Shown one piece after another: positions 60,372-64,000 of a stretch of 64,000 nucleotides of DNA (the first letter of the stretch is position 1; every line of letters begins with the position of its first letter). The position numbers were made by a program, and so were the translations under genes. The stretch comes from Candidatus Hydrogenedentota bacterium (GTDB lineage Bacteria; Hydrogenedentota; Hydrogenedentia; Hydrogenedentales; SLHB01), in contig CAVUWV010000009.1 in NCBI GenBank assembly GCA_963745075.1, positions 64,001 to 128,000 on the forward strand. The letters run 5' to 3'. The notes below the pieces were generated by a model. It did not search any database, was not told the origin of the DNA, and saw nothing but the letters and a program-made list of their open reading frames with translations.

Positions 60372-61181
60372 ATGAGACGCAAACGACTAACGAACTGGCA
60401 GAGTAGAAGCGTTGTGATCACCGGCGCATCCAGCGGCATCGGCCGGTTGCTGGCGCTCCGTGTCGCCTCGGAAGGAGCCCGAGTGGCTCTCGTGGCGCGC
60501 CGGGAAGACCGGTTGCGCGAGGTCGCCGAAATGATTCGGGCGCAGGGATCGGAAGCGGTCGTCGTACCCTGCGACGTCGCGAATCGCGACGATGTCGAGA
60601 GCGCCGCCCAAATCGTCCTCGATCGATTTGGCGTCGTGGATGTCTTGGTGAACAACGCCGGATACGGCGGCCACTGCGATTTCCTCGAGTGGGATATTGA
60701 CGACATCGAACGCATGGTCCAGGTCAACTTTCTCGGCAGCGTGTACTGGACCAAGGCGCTTCTTCCGCACATGGTGGAACGCGGTTCGGGATGGCTCGTG
60801 TTCATGGCTTCGGTAGCAGGCAAGATCGGCGTTCCCGGCGAGAGCGCATACTCGGCTACCAAGTTCGCCATGATCGGTCTGGCCGAAGCGATTTCCATCG
60901 AGACCGAAGACAAAGGCGTTCATGTTCTCACCGTATGCCCCGGCGCCATCGACACGGAGTTCTTTGACGAAGCCGCACGAAAACGTATGCCCGACGTAGC
61001 CCTGCGCTCCATGATCCAACCCGAACCCGTCGTAGACGCAGTCATTCGCGCCCTCGCCCGCGGCAAACGCGAAGTCACCGTGCCGAAAAGCATTGCCGCC
61101 GCCTATCCCGTCAAGGCTGTAGCGCCGGGTATCGTCCGCGCCGGCGTCAAACGGAGCACGCGACCCAACCGTAAGGCTTAA
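60372..61181 (+). CDS. short-chain dehydrogenase/reductase
   Basis: TGASSGIG, NNAG, YSATK motifs. Confidence 0.95.
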   Translation: MRRKRLTNWQSRSVVITGASSGIGRLLALRVASEGARVALVARREDRLREVAEMIRAQGSEAVVVPCDVANRDDVESAAQIVLDRFGVVDVLVNNAGYGGHCDFLEWDIDDIERMVQVNFLGSVYWTKALLPHMVERGSGWLVFMASVAGKIGVPGESAYSATKFAMIGLAEAISIETEDKGVHVLTVCPGAIDTEFFDEAARKRMPDVALRSMIQPEPVVDAVIRALARGKREVTVPKSIAAAYPVKAVAPGIVRAGVKRSTRPNRKA

Positions 61182-62086
61182 CCTCCGCCCGCCGCGTCCC
61201 GTTGTTCCACCCGTTCCAGTTCTTGGTAGTACGGTTCCGTCGCCAACTTTTCGGTGATCATGGGGTGGACGAGGTTGTAGGTTTCGGGCGTGGTGAATTC
61301 TCGCAAATAGGCCCACGCCGCGTTGGATTGGCCCATGTAGCACATTTCGAGGGTCCAGGCGACCAGCGACGACAAGGCGCGCCGGCTTTCCTCGTTCCAC
61401 CGGTCGTATTTGTAGGTGTCCTTGGTCGCCGGGCTGCTTTCAAACGCTTTTCGATACCGATCCGCCTTTTCGCTCAAGACGCTCGTGAATCGGTGGTTCT
61501 GGCACATGTACTTCTTCGCGTCGGCGCGGTACGAAAAAACCACCGTCGGAAACGGGCTCTGTTCCCACGGCAGGTCGAAAAGGTACGCGTAGTGCCGGGA
61601 CACGCCGACAATCTCTGGCCAGCCGTCGTTGTCCAGGTCCTTGACCAGGTTGAAATTAAATTCGCCGACGGAGTGGAAGAGTGATCGGAAGTTGACCTTC
61701 AGACTGATTACGTCAAGCGCGTCCGGTCCGTGGGCGCCGCCCGCGTATCGCAGCACGAACAGGAGGTCGGGGTCCGGCGCCTCCACCGGCCAGAGCATGA
61801 ATCGCATCCAGTCTTCGCGTTCCCCACAGTCGCCAAATTCCATGACGGTTGCGCCGCGCGAGCGAAGTTCGGCAAGCCAGAGTCCTTCGGGATTCTTCAC
61901 CTTCTCGATCTCCCAATCCGGCCCGCGGATGGCCCGGACGCGCAGAAATCCCATCGCGTCCGCCGTATTGGCCGTATTGGTATCGGCCGCGACCACTTCC
62001 GTCTCCGTCGAGTTGGCAGCGGGTTGGGAGAATGCCGTGGTAACGAGTCCAACGTGGAGAAGGACCAATACAATTCGTTGCAGCAT
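61178..62086 (-). CDS. secreted hypothetical protein
   Basis: Signal peptide; YAGGAHG and DLDNDGWPEI motifs. Confidence 0.7.
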   Translation of the reverse strand: MLQRIVLVLLHVGLVTTAFSQPAANSTETEVVAADTNTANTADAMGFLRVRAIRGPDWEIEKVKNPEGLWLAELRSRGATVMEFGDCGEREDWMRFMLWPVEAPDPDLLFVLRYAGGAHGPDALDVISLKVNFRSLFHSVGEFNFNLVKDLDNDGWPEIVGVSRHYAYLFDLPWEQSPFPTVVFSYRADAKKYMCQNHRFTSVLSEKADRYRKAFESSPATKDTYKYDRWNEESRRALSSLVAWTLEMCYMGQSNAAWAYLREFTTPETYNLVHPMITEKLATEPYYQELERVEQRDAAGGG

Positions 62087-62215
62087 ATCGTCTCCAGTCT
62101 CCTGGGTTATACGGTGTTGCGCCTCGACGGGCCTCTCCGAATTGGACACTGCCCGCGTCCATTTGCAACACTACGTTCACTGACCGGCGAACGCTCATCA
62201 CCAGGTAATCATATT

Positions 62216-63212
62216 ATGCACTATCGCCGTCTGGGCTCCAGCGATTTTGATGTGTCCGTGCTCGCATTGGGTGCGTGGCAATTCGGCGATCCGTCTTACT
62301 GGGGCGACACTCCCGAGAAGAAGATACAAGCGACCGTCGATCGCGCCCTCGACGCCGGTATCAATCTATTCGATACCGCGGAAATGTATGGCAACGGCGA
62401 ATCCGAACGGGCGTTGGGCAAAGCCCTTGGCTCTCGCCGGGACGACGTATTCATCGCATCGAAAGTCGTGCCCGAGCACTGCGCTCCCGGCGCATTGCGG
62501 AAGGCCTGCGAAAACAGTCTGCGACGATTGAACACGTCGGCGATCGATCTGTACCAAGTTCACTGGCCCATCCGAGACACCCCCATCGGCGAGGTCTACG
62601 GTGTGCTGGAGCGCTTGCGGGACGAGGGGAAGGTTCGCGCCGCCGGTGTTTCCAATTTCGGCGTTCAAGACCTGACCGAATGGTGCGACGTGGGGGACTG
62701 TGTGTCGAATCAATTGGGATACAACCTGCTCTTTCGCGCGGTCGAATGGGACATCCTGCCCGCATGCCGCGCGAAGGGGGTTGGCGTACTGGCGTACATG
62801 CCCTTGATGCAAGGGTTGCTCTCCGGACGTTGGACGGTTCCCGACGAAGTCCCCACGCAACGGCGCCGCACGCGCCACTTTTCCCGCGACCGCGACGGCA
62901 CAAGGCACGGCGAAGCGGGATGCGAGACGGAAACGTTTCAAGCGCTCGACGGGTTACGCAAAATTGCAGACGATTTGGGTCAGTCCAATGGCAACAGTCG
63001 CGCTGGCGTGGCTTCTTGCAAGGCCGGGCGTCACGTCGATCGTCGTCGGCGGCCGGAATCCGGAACAGGTGTCGCGCAATCTTGCCGCCGCCGAGTTGAC
63101 ACTCGATCAGAGCGACGATCGACGAGCTGGACCGAATCACAGACCCCCTGAAACTGCATTTCGGCGTCAATGCCGACTTGTGGGAGTCCGGTCCGACTGC
63201 CGAATTCGATAA
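62216..63212 (+). CDS. aldo/keto reductase (indels near 62985, 63110 and 63195)
   Basis: LGAWQFG, FDTAEMYG, DLYQVHWP, GVSNF, YMPLMQGLLSG, ALAWLL motifs. Confidence 0.92.
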
Positions 63213-63226
63213 GCAGTGGAGCTCCG

Positions 63227-64000
63227 CTATTTCCCCCAGCGAACCTTCTGGGCGCGCTCCGAAAGCCAACCGCACTGTATCGCGAGCCGCTCCATCCAGG
63301 AGGCTGCCGTGTGACCCGCAACGATAGCGCCCTGTTGCTGGATCTGATACGACACCGTCGCGATATGCTTGACGCCGACCGCATAGTAAAGGGCGGCTTC
63401 CTCGTAATACGACAACGTCCGATAGCGCTGGTAGTGGTCCAGTAATTGATCGGTCCGTTTCGCCAGCCGCTCTTCCCGCATCGTCGTTCGTACGCAGAGA
63501 TTGGAGATTGCGTACGCCAAATCCTCCAGGTAGCAGCCGTCGCCCGCGAACTCGAGATCGACGATGGCTGTGAGATGCGCTTCCTGAAATATCAGGTTTC
63601 CGCTGTGCCAGTCGCCGTGGATGAGACCCGTCTCAAATCGCCCGCGTTGCTCCAAGCTTAACGCCTCCCCGGCATCGCGCAGGAAGAGGGCGATTCGATT
63701 GCAGTGCGCGTTGAGTTCGTCCGGTTCGGCCTGCGTCTTCGCCATATCGTACAGCGCCGCAAAGGACGAACGCGGCACTTCGCTGAACCGCCACATCCGC
63801 GTATCCCGTTCCGGCCGGGGAAAATCGCGGCACACCTCGTGGAATCTGCCGAGTGCTTCCGCCGAAATCGCCAGCGTCTCTTTCGAGACCACCATGGGTT
63901 CGCCCCCGACGAATTCCTGCAGCTCCAGCGCCCAGGTCTCGAGTTCGACGATCCGTTTCCCGTCGTTGGCCGGTTGGATGGCGGCCACGGGGAGATTGTT
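63227..64000 (-). CDS. homoserine kinase type II / APH-like phosphotransferase (5-prime end outside window)
   Basis: LGRFH, LIHGDWHSGNLIF, VDLE motifs. Confidence 0.88.
   Translation of the reverse strand, partial: NNLPVAAIQPANDGKRIVELETWALELQEFVGGEPMVVSKETLAISAEALGRFHEVCRDFPRPERDTRMWRFSEVPRSSFAALYDMAKTQAEPDELNAHCNRIALFLRDAGEALSLEQRGRFETGLIHGDWHSGNLIFQEAHLTAIVDLEFAGDGCYLEDLAYAISNLCVRTTMREERLAKRTDQLLDHYQRYRTLSYYEEAALYYAVGVKHIATVSYQIQQQGAIVAGHTAASWMERLAIQCGWLSERAQKVRWGK

Overview
A GC-rich bacterial chromosomal segment. The gene content (sulfatase, Tat-exported Gfo/Idh/MocA, heparinase-like, URO-D, planctomycete-type cytochrome c, FG-GAP proteins) suggests Candidatus Hydrogenedentes or a PVC-like organism; this is inference only. 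Most of it is housekeeping and carbohydrate metabolism: archaeal-type GlmU-like enzyme, recJ, cmk, mtnA, carA, tpx, trxB, 2-oxoacid:ferredoxin oxidoreductase, an orphan flgM with a clear sigma-28 promoter, blaI/blaR1 and a vapBC pair. About ten genes carry single-base indels, probably assembly errors. The standout locus is 48.9-52.2 kb. There a secreted thermolysin-family (M4) protease is followed by five paralogous 59-61 aa peptide genes, two of which are missing from the ORF track. The peptides share an N-terminal leader MxRI[KR]x[VM]SRxPF...(P)xxA|hydrophobic and a variable core with a C-x12/13-C pair. An orphan, diverged copy of the protease C-terminus sits inside the array. This looks like an undescribed protease/peptide-precursor (RiPP-like or inhibitor) system. 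A lower-GC islet at 22.8-27.5 kb encodes a deaminase-GHKL(RecG-C)-wHTH fusion, a defence candidate, followed by palindromic repeats. Three REP-like repeat families are also present. No rRNA, tRNA, CRISPR array, integrase or transposase was seen.
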